From a virus (lineage: Duplodnaviria; Caudoviricetes): a stretch of DNA of 64,000 nucleotides. Each line of letters opens with the position of its first letter. The stretch's first letter is position 1. Where the stretch lies: IMG/VR virus record IMGVR_UViG_3300001528_000580, positions 192,001 through 256,000 of that record, one strand, 5' to 3'. The position numbers and the translations under genes were made by a program. The notes beneath the pieces are model-generated. The model was given only the letters and a program-made list of their open reading frames with translations. It searched no databases and was not told where the DNA came from. Shown one piece after another: positions 38,992 to 48,564 of the stretch.

Positions 38992-39844
38992 GTTTAAACA
39001 TATATACTAATTTCTAATTTGTTAGATTAGAATACACTAATGCAGCATAAAATAAGTTTAAACATATATACTAATTTCTAATTTGTTAGATTATTCTAGC
39101 TCCTGTTCCTATACATTGTTTAAACATATATACTAATTTCTAATTTGTTAGATATTGATGGTTCTGTTTCCGGCATTATTGTTTAAACATATATACTAAT
39201 TTCTAATTTGTTAGATCAGTTCTTATTCTATTTTCGTTTTTAGTTTAAACATATATACTAATTTCTAATTTGTTAGATAAGCAGCTTTTGAAGAACCACG
39301 TCATGTTTAAACATATATACTAATTTCTAATTTGTTAGATGAGCTCTCTGGATGTCCATCCTGACCAAGTTTAAACATATATACTAATTTCTAATTTGTT
39401 AGATTGTTCCGTTTCTGCGGTCTGTGTCATGTTTAAACATATATACTAATTTCTAATTTGTTAGATCACGACGTTACAGGCTCTATTTATTCTTGTTTAA
39501 ACATATATACTAATTTCTAATTTGTTAGATCTACATGAATATAAGTGTTCATTCTTGTTTAAACATATATACTAATTTCTAATTTGTTAGATATCCATCA
39601 TTCCCAATATGGACGAAATGTTTAAACATGTACATTAATTTCTAATTTGTTAGTTTCAATCTCATATAGGGCAAACGGCTTGTTTAAACATATATATTAA
39701 TTTCTAATTTATTAGATACTCATAGTATTTTAGTTCTAATGGGCTTGTTTAAACATATATTATAATTTCTAATTTGTTAGATAGTACTTTGCTTTTGAGG
39801 TTGAGCGGGTTTAAACATATATGATAATTTCTAATTTTTTTTAA
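38992..39844 (+). CRISPR. type V-A array: 14 repeats (36 nt, GTTTAAACATATATACTAATTTCTAATTTGTTAGAT) and 13 spacers of 26-29 nt
   Basis: Repeats start at 38992, 39056, 39118, 39181, 39243, 39305, 39369, 39431, 39495, 39557 (identical) and 39620, 39682, 39747, 39809 (degenerate, trailer end). Confidence 0.98.
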
Positions 39845-39927
39845 AATAAAATAGGAAATATTGCTTGACAAATTATTATTTTATGTTATAGTATGTTCTA
39901 ACAAAGAAAAAATAAGGATTTTTACTT

Positions 39928-40704
39928 ATGTGTATTGCCATTTATAAACCAAAGAATGCAGAACTTCCATCAAAGGAAACATTGAAAATTTGTTTTTCAA
40001 ATAATCCACATGGTGCAGGATTTGCCACAGATATTTTAGGATCATATCATGGAATTACTGTATTCAAAGGATATTTTTCTTTTGAAGATTTTTATGAAAA
40101 GTTTATCAACAATGTAACAAAAGAACATGTATGTTTAATTCATTTCCGGTATGCTACTCATGGGCTGAAAAACGAAAAAAATTGTCATCCTTTCTTATAT
40201 TACAAATATGATGAAAAAGACAAATATCATGAACATACTCCTTCTTTTTCAGCACTTGTTCATAATGGCGTTATTAATAATGGTTTAAAAAACCAAAAAC
40301 ATTCAGATACTTTTTGGCTTACAAAACAGATTGAAAATGGAAGTAAGATTGATAATGAAGTATTTAAAGAAACAAACAATAAAGTAGCAATTATCAATTC
40401 TGATAAAAGTGTTGAACTTTATGGAAATTGGATTGAAGATGGTGGCATCTTGTATTCAAATGGAACATATCGTTTTGATTGTGCAGTAGAATCAGATAAA
40501 CAAAATAAGAAGTTGACGTTTTGTGATTGTTGTGGAAAACTTGGAGAAGATTTTTTTGAAACAGATGTTGGTTATCATTTCTGTTCATATTGTCTGGCAA
40601 ATGAAATAACCATCAAACCTTGTCATCATTGTGGTATGTCAACAACCAATGAATGCTGTAACACTTGTAACAACATGGGATTTGCAACAAATTATTTTAT
40701 TTAA
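39928..40704 (+). CDS. class II glutamine amidotransferase-like protein (paralog 1) with C-terminal CxxC array
   Basis: N-terminal MC nucleophile, NNPHGAGF, HFRYATHG, CHPF, HNG, SDT. Confidence 0.85.
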   Translation: MCIAIYKPKNAELPSKETLKICFSNNPHGAGFATDILGSYHGITVFKGYFSFEDFYEKFINNVTKEHVCLIHFRYATHGLKNEKNCHPFLYYKYDEKDKYHEHTPSFSALVHNGVINNGLKNQKHSDTFWLTKQIENGSKIDNEVFKETNNKVAIINSDKSVELYGNWIEDGGILYSNGTYRFDCAVESDKQNKKLTFCDCCGKLGEDFFETDVGYHFCSYCLANEITIKPCHHCGMSTTNECCNTCNNMGFATNYFI

Positions 40705-40706
40705 TT

Positions 40707-41150
40707 ATGGAACAAAATATCAATAACATTTGTGATAATTTGAAGAAACAATGGAGAGATAATCTTCGTTTCTTCTCTAACACAGTACAATCTTTACAAA
40801 AAGATATTGATGAAAAAGATAAAGAGATACAAAATAAAAATTTTGTAATACAAGAACAAAAAAGAATAATTGATAGTTTAATTTCTCAAAAAGATGGATA
40901 TGTTATCAAACATCGAAATGGTGTTTGGTGTTTTCATCCTGTATCTGAATTTAAAATTAGAAGAAATAAGTTAAATTTAGAAATTTCAGAAGTTATCAAA
41001 GAATGTAATCTAAATATTTCAGAAGAAACTTTTGAAAATTGCGAAAATGGATTAATCTTATTCAAAGATATATATGTTAAAGTAAAATTTGATAGTCAAA
41101 TAGCTATAATATTGCATAATTTTTATAAAAATATGGAAAAAATAGAATAA
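40707..41150 (+). CDS. coiled-coil protein with XRE-like HTH
   Basis: FKIRRNKLNLEISEV...ISEETFENCENG. Confidence 0.5.
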   Translation: MEQNINNICDNLKKQWRDNLRFFSNTVQSLQKDIDEKDKEIQNKNFVIQEQKRIIDSLISQKDGYVIKHRNGVWCFHPVSEFKIRRNKLNLEISEVIKECNLNISEETFENCENGLILFKDIYVKVKFDSQIAIILHNFYKNMEKIE

Positions 41151-41231
41151 TTTCCTTGACTTTTAAATATTGTGGTGTATAGTATCATTATAATAGAAAA
41201 CAATAATATTAAAAGGAAAAGGAAAAACATT

Positions 41232-41879
41232 ATGTGCATTGCTATTATTAAAAAGTCTGGAATTGAGCTTCCTAGTGAAGAAACCCTGTATTACTGCTTC
41301 TTTAACAATCCTCATGGGGCTGGATTTACCGTAAATCGGAATGGCTTTAACTATATCAAAAAGGGATTCATGACTTTTGAAGATTTCATGGATGCTCTTG
41401 AGAAAGAAAATATTAAAGAAGATGAATCTGCTCTTATTCATTTTCGTGTGGCAAGCGTTGGAAGTATTAATAAAGGAAATTGCCATCCTTTTCCTGCCAC
41501 TCAAAATTTTTCTCAAATGAGAAATGTCAGAATGAAAACAGATAAAGATGTTGTTGTTCATAACGGAACATTTTTCAACTTTATGGGAGAACATAATGCT
41601 GGATATTCTGATACAATGCAGTTTGTTAATATGATTGCTCCACTTCTTACAGCTAAAGAAGATATGACAAAGAAACAGGTTAAAGCATTTAATGAACTTG
41701 TAGAAAATGTCGTAGATAATAATTGCTCTCGTGTTGCAATTATGAATAAATATGGAAAAATCAATTATTTTGGTGATTGGATTAATGACAAGGAAACAGG
41801 AATCTTGTACAGTAATAAAAGCTATGAAAAAATTACTTCAAGATTTTCTATTGAACAGCTTGAATTTAACTTCCAATAA
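41232..41879 (+). CDS. class II glutamine amidotransferase-like protein (paralog 2), no Cys-rich tail
   Basis: ATG 41232 gives MCIAII; NNPHGAGF, HFRVASVG, HPF, HNG, SDT. Confidence 0.85.
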   Translation: MCIAIIKKSGIELPSEETLYYCFFNNPHGAGFTVNRNGFNYIKKGFMTFEDFMDALEKENIKEDESALIHFRVASVGSINKGNCHPFPATQNFSQMRNVRMKTDKDVVVHNGTFFNFMGEHNAGYSDTMQFVNMIAPLLTAKEDMTKKQVKAFNELVENVVDNNCSRVAIMNKYGKINYFGDWINDKETGILYSNKSYEKITSRFSIEQLEFNFQ

Positions 41880-41936
41880 CTTGCATTTGTGAAAAAGTGT
41901 GCTATATTATACAAATGTAACAGTTAAGGAACTATT

Positions 41937-42899
41937 ATGTGTGTTGCCATTGTAAAACCAGTAAATATTAAAATTCCATCTAAGGAAATATTGTATAATT
42001 GTTTTAAAAACAATCCTCATGGAGCTGGTTATTCATATTCAAATGGTGATTTTGTTATTATTAATAAGGGATTTGAAACGTTTGATAGTTTCTATAAATC
42101 TCTATTAGAATCAGAAGCGAATGAAGATAAATTAGTATTTATTCATTTTAGAATTGCCAATAGAGGATTGAAAGATAGAGGAAATACACATCCATTCCCA
42201 ATTAGCAACAATTTAACTAAACTTAGAATCATTCACAGCAACCATTGCAAATATGCTCTCATTCATAATGGTTTGTTTAACTTTAATGATAAAGAATATT
42301 TGAAGTATGAACCATTGAATGTTATTTCAGATACTATGTTATTTAGCATGAAATTACATGAACGGTTAGAAAAATTATCAGAAAATATTGAAAATATTAG
42401 TTCTGATTATAGCTTGCCAAGTGTAGTAGCATATAATCTGTTAACAAATACAACAGAATATACTCCATATATAAACAATATGATTAAAGATACGTGTAGG
42501 TTTGCAATTATGGGAGTTGAAAATAAGTTTCAACTTTTTGGAAAGTGGATTGAGGAAGATGGAATTTATTATTCCAATAATAGTTTTAAACAAACAAAAT
42601 CAAAAACACGTTATGTATATATGCCTTGTAATTATTGCCAAACATTCATTGAAAAAGATGAAATGATTAAAACAAAAGTAGGTTTTTGTTGTAAACAATG
42701 TTATCATAAAATATATATACCTAAATATGGTGATGAAACTATTGCAGACAAATTCATTTTTAAGAAAATTTGTAAAGTATGTAATACTATAATAGATAGT
42801 AACAAAATGATTTGTAATGAATGTAAAAATGTATTAGAATGTTATTTAAATAAAAAAAACAAAAAGGAAATAAAAAACAATGTGTATCGCAGTAATTAA
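41937..42899 (+). CDS. class II glutamine amidotransferase-like protein (paralog 3) with CxxC array
   Basis: MCVAIVKP, NNPHGAGY, HFRIANRG, THPFP, HNG, SDT. Confidence 0.85.
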   Translation: MCVAIVKPVNIKIPSKEILYNCFKNNPHGAGYSYSNGDFVIINKGFETFDSFYKSLLESEANEDKLVFIHFRIANRGLKDRGNTHPFPISNNLTKLRIIHSNHCKYALIHNGLFNFNDKEYLKYEPLNVISDTMLFSMKLHERLEKLSENIENISSDYSLPSVVAYNLLTNTTEYTPYINNMIKDTCRFAIMGVENKFQLFGKWIEEDGIYYSNNSFKQTKSKTRYVYMPCNYCQTFIEKDEMIKTKVGFCCKQCYHKIYIPKYGDETIADKFIFKKICKVCNTIIDSNKMICNECKNVLECYLNKKNKKEIKNNVYRSN

Positions 42900-43944
42900 A
42901 CCAAAAAATGTTGAAATGCCTTCACAAAAAACTTTGAAGAATTGCTTTGATAGTAATCCGCATGGTGCAGGTTTTATGTATTCAGATGGTAGCCGATTGG
43001 TTATTCAAAAAGGATATATGAATTTTGCTGATTTTTATAAAGCACTTAATGATGCAGATCTTAAAAAAGAACAGCTTGTTTTTCTTCATTTTCGTATTGC
43101 AACTCACGGTCTTAGGGATGGTGGAAATACTCATCCATTTCCTGTAACTACTGATGTTAACGAAATGCGTTCAGTCAAAAATAAGTTTGATGGATATGGA
43201 TTAATTCATAATGGTATTATGCATTTTGATCCTAAAACATTTAAAGCCTATGACCCAACAGGTGTTATTTCTGATACGATGTTGTTTTCAATGATACTTT
43301 CAGAATGCATTGACAATATGAATAAAGCACCAGATAAAATGGCAGCATTATTTGAAGATTTTGATGAACCTGCAAATGTTGTTGCTTATAGTATGATAAC
43401 TGGTGACAATACATATGATTCTCATATTGAAAATTATTTGGGTTGGAATAAAATTGCCGTCATGGATGCAGATGAAAATTTTGTATATTATGGTGATTGG
43501 ATTCACAATAAAGGAATGTTGTATTCAAATACTGATTATGAAGATTATGTTCCTTATAATTATGGATATTCTCATGGTGGTTATTATTCATGTGGTGGAT
43601 ATTCTGACGCAGAAACTACTTGCCTTTCTACATATAAAGACTGTTGTTCTTGTGGTACATATGATAGAAAAGCAAATATGATTTCTACGATTTATGGATA
43701 TTGTTGTGAAAAATGCAAGAAAGATTTTGGATTAATTGAGTGTAAGGAATGTAAAGACTTTGCAACACCAGATGATATTATTGATGGAATTTGCAGGGAA
43801 TGCAAGGCAAATGATTATAGATGTGAAGAATGTAATGAAAAGGCTTCTTATCTTCGTTCAAAAGAAGGAAAACTCTATTGTCAAAGTTGTTATGAAAAAC
43901 TCTTTTCAGTTAATGACACAAGCCTTGCACTTGTGAATAAATAA
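42880..43944 (+). CDS. class II glutamine amidotransferase-like protein (paralog 4) with CxxC array
   Basis: MCIAVIKP, SNPHGAGF, HFRIATHG, THPFP, HNG, SDT. Confidence 0.85.
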   Translation: MCIAVIKPKNVEMPSQKTLKNCFDSNPHGAGFMYSDGSRLVIQKGYMNFADFYKALNDADLKKEQLVFLHFRIATHGLRDGGNTHPFPVTTDVNEMRSVKNKFDGYGLIHNGIMHFDPKTFKAYDPTGVISDTMLFSMILSECIDNMNKAPDKMAALFEDFDEPANVVAYSMITGDNTYDSHIENYLGWNKIAVMDADENFVYYGDWIHNKGMLYSNTDYEDYVPYNYGYSHGGYYSCGGYSDAETTCLSTYKDCCSCGTYDRKANMISTIYGYCCEKCKKDFGLIECKECKDFATPDDIIDGICRECKANDYRCEECNEKASYLRSKEGKLYCQSCYEKLFSVNDTSLALVNK

Positions 43945-43962
43945 CAAGAGGAGTATTTATTA

Positions 43963-45111
43963 ATGTGCATAGCTGTAATCAAGCCTAAAGGCGTTCAAAT
44001 GCCTGACAGGGAAACATTGTCAAATTGTTTTACAAGCAATCCACATGGCGCAGGATTTGCTTATAATCGAAATGGCATTACTTATATTGTAAAAGGATTG
44101 ATGTCATTTGTTGATTTTTATGAAGAATTAAAAAAGCATAATCTTTCTAACGAAGAAAATGTTTTTCTTCATTTTCGTATTGCAACTCATGGATTAAGGG
44201 ATGGGGGAAATACTCATCCTTTTCCTATTGTAAAAAATTTCTCGGATATGAGAAAAACAAGGCAGGAGTATAGAGGATTTTGTTTAATTCATAATGGTGT
44301 TTTTAATTATGGTTCTGAAACAATGAAATCATATGATGCTAATGATATTATTTCAGATACTATGTTATTTGCAAAAATGGTTGCAGATGAATTAGAAACG
44401 ATTCCCAATGAATATAACACTGAATTTTCTGATACAAGCAAAGAGAGAGCTTTAGCTTTTGAATTGAAAAATATTCAAAATAGAAATAATAAAATTCTTA
44501 ATGCAAGTATTGAAAAAGGAATTTCATATAGTAAAATTGCTATAATGGATGAAAATGGTGATTATATAAAATTTGGTGATTGGATTGAAGATAATGGAGT
44601 ATTTTATTCCAATCATGGATATAGTGGCTATGGTAGATATGGTCGTTCATATTCTTATAATTCTTCTTATAACACAAGGGGGGCTAGGTGCAATTCATTA
44701 ATATCATCATATAGTTCTTGGAATGATGATGGTTATGGTTTGTTGCCTAGCGAGAGGTTTCAATCAAGATATTCTAAAAAGAAGAAAAGAAAACGTAAAG
44801 AATTTTGTGAATACTGTCAAAAATATAAAAGACATTATAGTATATTTGATAATGGAGAAGTAATTTGTTCTGACTGTGAAGAACAATATCTTAAATCAAC
44901 TTGTCAAGGTTGTGGGAAAATATTTGATGATGATGACATGGCTACCAAAAACTTTTGTTATGATTGTTTTTATGGTAGTGAAGAATCAGAAGATCCAAAT
45001 GAAAATTGTATTTGTATTTCATGTGGTCAAAACTATTTAAAAAAGGATGAATCAAAAGAAAAAGAAATTTGTCAAAAATGTTACAATCAATATCATGATA
45101 TGAGAGTATAA
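43963..45111 (+). CDS. class II glutamine amidotransferase-like protein (paralog 5) with CxxC array
   Basis: MCIAVIKP, SNPHGAGF, HFRIATHG, THPFP, HNG, SDT. Confidence 0.85.
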   Translation: MCIAVIKPKGVQMPDRETLSNCFTSNPHGAGFAYNRNGITYIVKGLMSFVDFYEELKKHNLSNEENVFLHFRIATHGLRDGGNTHPFPIVKNFSDMRKTRQEYRGFCLIHNGVFNYGSETMKSYDANDIISDTMLFAKMVADELETIPNEYNTEFSDTSKERALAFELKNIQNRNNKILNASIEKGISYSKIAIMDENGDYIKFGDWIEDNGVFYSNHGYSGYGRYGRSYSYNSSYNTRGARCNSLISSYSSWNDDGYGLLPSERFQSRYSKKKKRKRKEFCEYCQKYKRHYSIFDNGEVICSDCEEQYLKSTCQGCGKIFDDDDMATKNFCYDCFYGSEESEDPNENCICISCGQNYLKKDESKEKEICQKCYNQYHDMRV

Positions 45112-45221
45112 TAAAAGATGCCAGATTGGATGAAATTAGTAAAGATTATTTCAATCTGGTATTTTTAATTGTTTTACTTAAAAATTTTTATAATTTTCTT
45201 TTTTTAAAAATGGAGTTTTTA

Positions 45222-46061
45222 ATGTCACATACAAATAATAATACACTAGCTGATGATAATATAATATTATCTGATGATTCAAAAATAGCAGGTGAACAAG
45301 AAGAAAAAACAGAAAAATTATTACCAATATTATTTCAAGATACTATTTTTGAAAGAGATGTTTATATATCAGGTGGATATGTTAGAGATGAAGTAATGGG
45401 AATTTTATCTAATGATTTAGATTTAGTTATAGAAAAAGAAAATGGTTCAGCATTATTAAGTAAATATTTTAAAAATATATTTAATAATGCTGTTGAAATA
45501 GAGCAATTAAATATTAATTATCCTACCTATAACATAAAGTTTTTAGAAGATATTTCATTTGGAAATCATTTTTTTGATGTTGAAGGTGCTGATATTGATA
45601 TATCCGATACTGTAAAAGTTAGATATCCAGAAGATAGTGGTTTACCAAAGTTATATGAATATGGCAGTCTTATGGATGATTGCTTACAAAGAGATTTTAC
45701 AATCAATACATTATATAAAGATGTTATGACAGGTAAGATAATTGATTTGACTGGATTTGGTATAAAAGACATTAAAAAAAGAATACTTAGAACAATTCCA
45801 AAAAGAAATCCAAATAAATTGTTTTATAATCAGCCTAAAAGTTTGTTAAGGTTATGTAGATTTTATGTCAAATATGATATGACTATACCAAATTATGTTA
45901 TCAATAGTGCTAGTAATAATGCTTATAGAATAAAAACATTAAGTATTGAATCCATTCAAAAAGAATTGAAAAAAATGGAAAAACTTGACAAAGATAAGTT
46001 AATATATATAATGAAAAAAATAGATATTTATTATCTTGTTAAAAAATTGTTGGAAAATTAA
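45222..46061 (+). CDS. class II tRNA nucleotidyltransferase / poly(A) polymerase family protein with degenerate templating motif
   Basis: SGGYVRD...DLDLV, DCLQRDFTINTL, IDLTGFGIKDI, NQPKSLLRLCRF; ATG 45222 has GGAG RBS. Confidence 0.85.
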   Translation: MSHTNNNTLADDNIILSDDSKIAGEQEEKTEKLLPILFQDTIFERDVYISGGYVRDEVMGILSNDLDLVIEKENGSALLSKYFKNIFNNAVEIEQLNINYPTYNIKFLEDISFGNHFFDVEGADIDISDTVKVRYPEDSGLPKLYEYGSLMDDCLQRDFTINTLYKDVMTGKIIDLTGFGIKDIKKRILRTIPKRNPNKLFYNQPKSLLRLCRFYVKYDMTIPNYVINSASNNAYRIKTLSIESIQKELKKMEKLDKDKLIYIMKKIDIYYLVKKLLEN

Positions 46062-46140
46062 TTTGCTTTTTTAGAAAATGGTGTTATATTAATTCTATAT
46101 TTAAGAACGATTTGAATAAACATTAAAAGGAGTTTTAAAT

Positions 46141-46632
46141 ATGGGATTATTTAGTTCAATTGTTAACAAGGTCAAAGGAGTAAGAGATGAAAATATTCCT
46201 ATTGACAATAGCATAACTAATACTGAAAAAGAAGTTATTCAAAACGATAATTTTATTGTATTTAATGCAATGGATATTAAGAATCACATTGCTACAATTA
46301 TTTATAAAATAAAAGAAATCAAGATCAATGGAAAATCAGTATTAGTTTTATCAGAAAGATTTGATAGAGAAGTAGATGGATGTTTTATAGAAGATGTTTT
46401 AAATAGAATTGATAAGGATAAATGTATTTTTAATTTAGAACATTTAAATAAAAGAACTTATATCGAAGATGATTGTAGTTGTCCGTTAAATAGTTTTCCT
46501 ATTGGAATTTTAACAGTATTGTTAAATCCTACTAAGGATGAAATTAAAGATAATTTGTCAGAATTAAAGAAAGAATTATTTGAACATTTTACAGAAACAT
46601 CTAATAATTTTATTGAAATGTTAAAAAATTAA
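46141..46632 (+). CDS. hypothetical protein
   Basis: Promoter and AAGGAG RBS. Confidence 0.7.
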   Translation: MGLFSSIVNKVKGVRDENIPIDNSITNTEKEVIQNDNFIVFNAMDIKNHIATIIYKIKEIKINGKSVLVLSERFDREVDGCFIEDVLNRIDKDKCIFNLEHLNKRTYIEDDCSCPLNSFPIGILTVLLNPTKDEIKDNLSELKKELFEHFTETSNNFIEMLKN

Positions 46633-46674
46633 TGCTATTTTTTATATTTCTTTAATGTTAAAAAGGAATTTAAA

Positions 46675-47061
46675 ATGGCTTATTTAACAAAAGAATTAAA
46701 AAAGATAGCTATGTCTTTATATAGTGTTGTAGAAGGAGAAACTGGTAACTATATAAAGAAATATAGTATTGAAACAAGTGAATTTGGAACTAATATAGAA
46801 TTATATATATTCAAAGATAGTTCTGGAATTAGCATTGGTGGAATACATGTTTGTGCAGAAGAAATTATAAGAGAGTTTATTAAGGACATAAGCAAAAACG
46901 ATTATATATTCAAAAATAAAATAATTGTACCAGATCCTCTTGATTTAATGGTATATGGTGGTAAAAATAAAGCATATATTGGATTTACCAAATTAATTCA
47001 TTGTAGTGATTTAAATGCTGCATCTAATATTTTTGAAAAATTAGGATATAGAAAATTATAA
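46675..47061 (+). CDS. hypothetical protein
   Basis: AAGGA RBS. Confidence 0.65.
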   Translation: MAYLTKELKKIAMSLYSVVEGETGNYIKKYSIETSEFGTNIELYIFKDSSGISIGGIHVCAEEIIREFIKDISKNDYIFKNKIIVPDPLDLMVYGGKNKAYIGFTKLIHCSDLNAASNIFEKLGYRKL

Positions 47062-47118
47062 AACTTTAATAAACTATTCTTTGTTTAAATTTAAGGAAAG
47101 ATAACAGAGGAAGTATAA

Positions 47119-47736
47119 ATGAACGACACTGAATATTTTGATGGTTTTGAACCAAATTTACCATCAACAGAAAATATTTTGCCTTCTTACCATGATTTGT
47201 TAGGAACTTATCATGGTAGTCTTTATATTGATAAATTATTGAGAAAAAAGAATAGAAATATTTTGTTATGTATATGTTCTTGTGGTAGAGAAGAACTATT
47301 ATATCGTTGGCAACTAAAAGATAAGTTATCTTGTTCAGTATGCGGTATATATACAGATGAATATATACAAAAAAATTCTCAAATAACTGTTGATTATTTT
47401 GAAGCTATTAAAAAAATGGCTCAATGTAACAATATAAAATTTGAAATTAGCTATGATTATGTTTGCCAAATATTTAAAGATCAAGAATTTAAATGTGCAT
47501 TAACAGGTTGGAGAATTATTCCATTTCTACATATTAATGATTTTAATGGTACTGCAATATTAGATATGATTGACAATAAACAAGGATTTATTGAAACTAA
47601 TGTTCATTGGATACATAAAGATATTTATAATATGAAAAGAAATATATCTGTTCATGAGTTGATAAATAATTGTGAAAAAATAGTTGAATTTAATAATAAT
47701 AAAAAGATGGATAAAACAGAGGAAATAGAATTTTGA
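47119..47736 (+). CDS. homing-endonuclease-like (HNH-related) protein, possibly degenerate
   Basis: CICSCG, KCALTG, LDMIDNKQGFIETNVHWIHKDIYNMK. Confidence 0.6.
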   Translation: MNDTEYFDGFEPNLPSTENILPSYHDLLGTYHGSLYIDKLLRKKNRNILLCICSCGREELLYRWQLKDKLSCSVCGIYTDEYIQKNSQITVDYFEAIKKMAQCNNIKFEISYDYVCQIFKDQEFKCALTGWRIIPFLHINDFNGTAILDMIDNKQGFIETNVHWIHKDIYNMKRNISVHELINNCEKIVEFNNNKKMDKTEEIEF

Positions 47737-48257
47737 TAGAAACTTGGATAACAGCAGATACACATTTCAATCATAAAAATATTATAAAATATTGTAATAG
47801 ACCGTTTGAAACAGTTGAAGAAATGAATGAAATTATGATTGAAAACTGGAATAAATGTGTTAGAAAAGATGATATTGTTTTTCATTTAGGTGATTTAGGA
47901 TTTGGTAAACAAGAAAATTTGAAACCAATTATAGATAGATTGAATGGTAAAAAATATCTTATTCAAGGTAATCATGATAGATTAACAAAAACGCAATATA
48001 AAGAACTTGGGTTTGAATGGATAAAATATAAAAGTTACATGTTTTTATCTGATGTAAAAATTTTATTTACACATCGTCCACCAATATGGAGTCAAAATAT
48101 AGATAGTAATTTATTATATATTTATGGTCATGTTCATGGAAAAGTAAGTAATAAAATAAATCAGATAGATATTGGAACTGATACCAATAATTTCACTCCA
48201 TATAATTTAAATGATCTTATTATTTCGTATAAAAATAATGGTTTTTCTATTATTTAG
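47733..48257 (+). CDS. calcineurin-like metallophosphoesterase
   Basis: ADTHFNH, HLGD, GNHD, THRP, GHVH. Confidence 0.9.
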   Translation: MIETWITADTHFNHKNIIKYCNRPFETVEEMNEIMIENWNKCVRKDDIVFHLGDLGFGKQENLKPIIDRLNGKKYLIQGNHDRLTKTQYKELGFEWIKYKSYMFLSDVKILFTHRPPIWSQNIDSNLLYIYGHVHGKVSNKINQIDIGTDTNNFTPYNLNDLIISYKNNGFSII

Positions 48258-48321
48258 TCTTGAAAATTTTATTTTTAATGCTATATTATTTTATAACGAA
48301 ACCAAAAAGGAGTTTTCTATT

Positions 48322-48546
48322 ATGAAGAATGCCAAAAACCATCTTTCTTTTGAAAGCAATCAAAAAACATGTTCTAAAAAAATGTTTAGTGGTGATGGTG
48401 TGCCGTGTCCTTATATGAGTAGCGTCAAGTTTGATGCTAGTGGTAGGATGTATTGGGAATGTACTTTGTTTAATAGAGAACTTAAAGATGATAATAAGTG
48501 GCTTGTTAGGTGTAAAGATTGTATAGAAGAGTTTTCTAATAATTAA
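48322..48546 (+). CDS. small Cys-containing hypothetical protein
   Basis: ATG 48322 with AAGGAG RBS. Confidence 0.65.
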   Translation: MKNAKNHLSFESNQKTCSKKMFSGDGVPCPYMSSVKFDASGRMYWECTLFNRELKDDNKWLVRCKDCIEEFSNN

Positions 48547-48564
48547 TATAAGGGATATTTTATT

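Noticed and set aside
39028-39808. Self-targeting spacers within the window
   Set aside because: No match noticed by eye; not exhaustive, needs an alignment.
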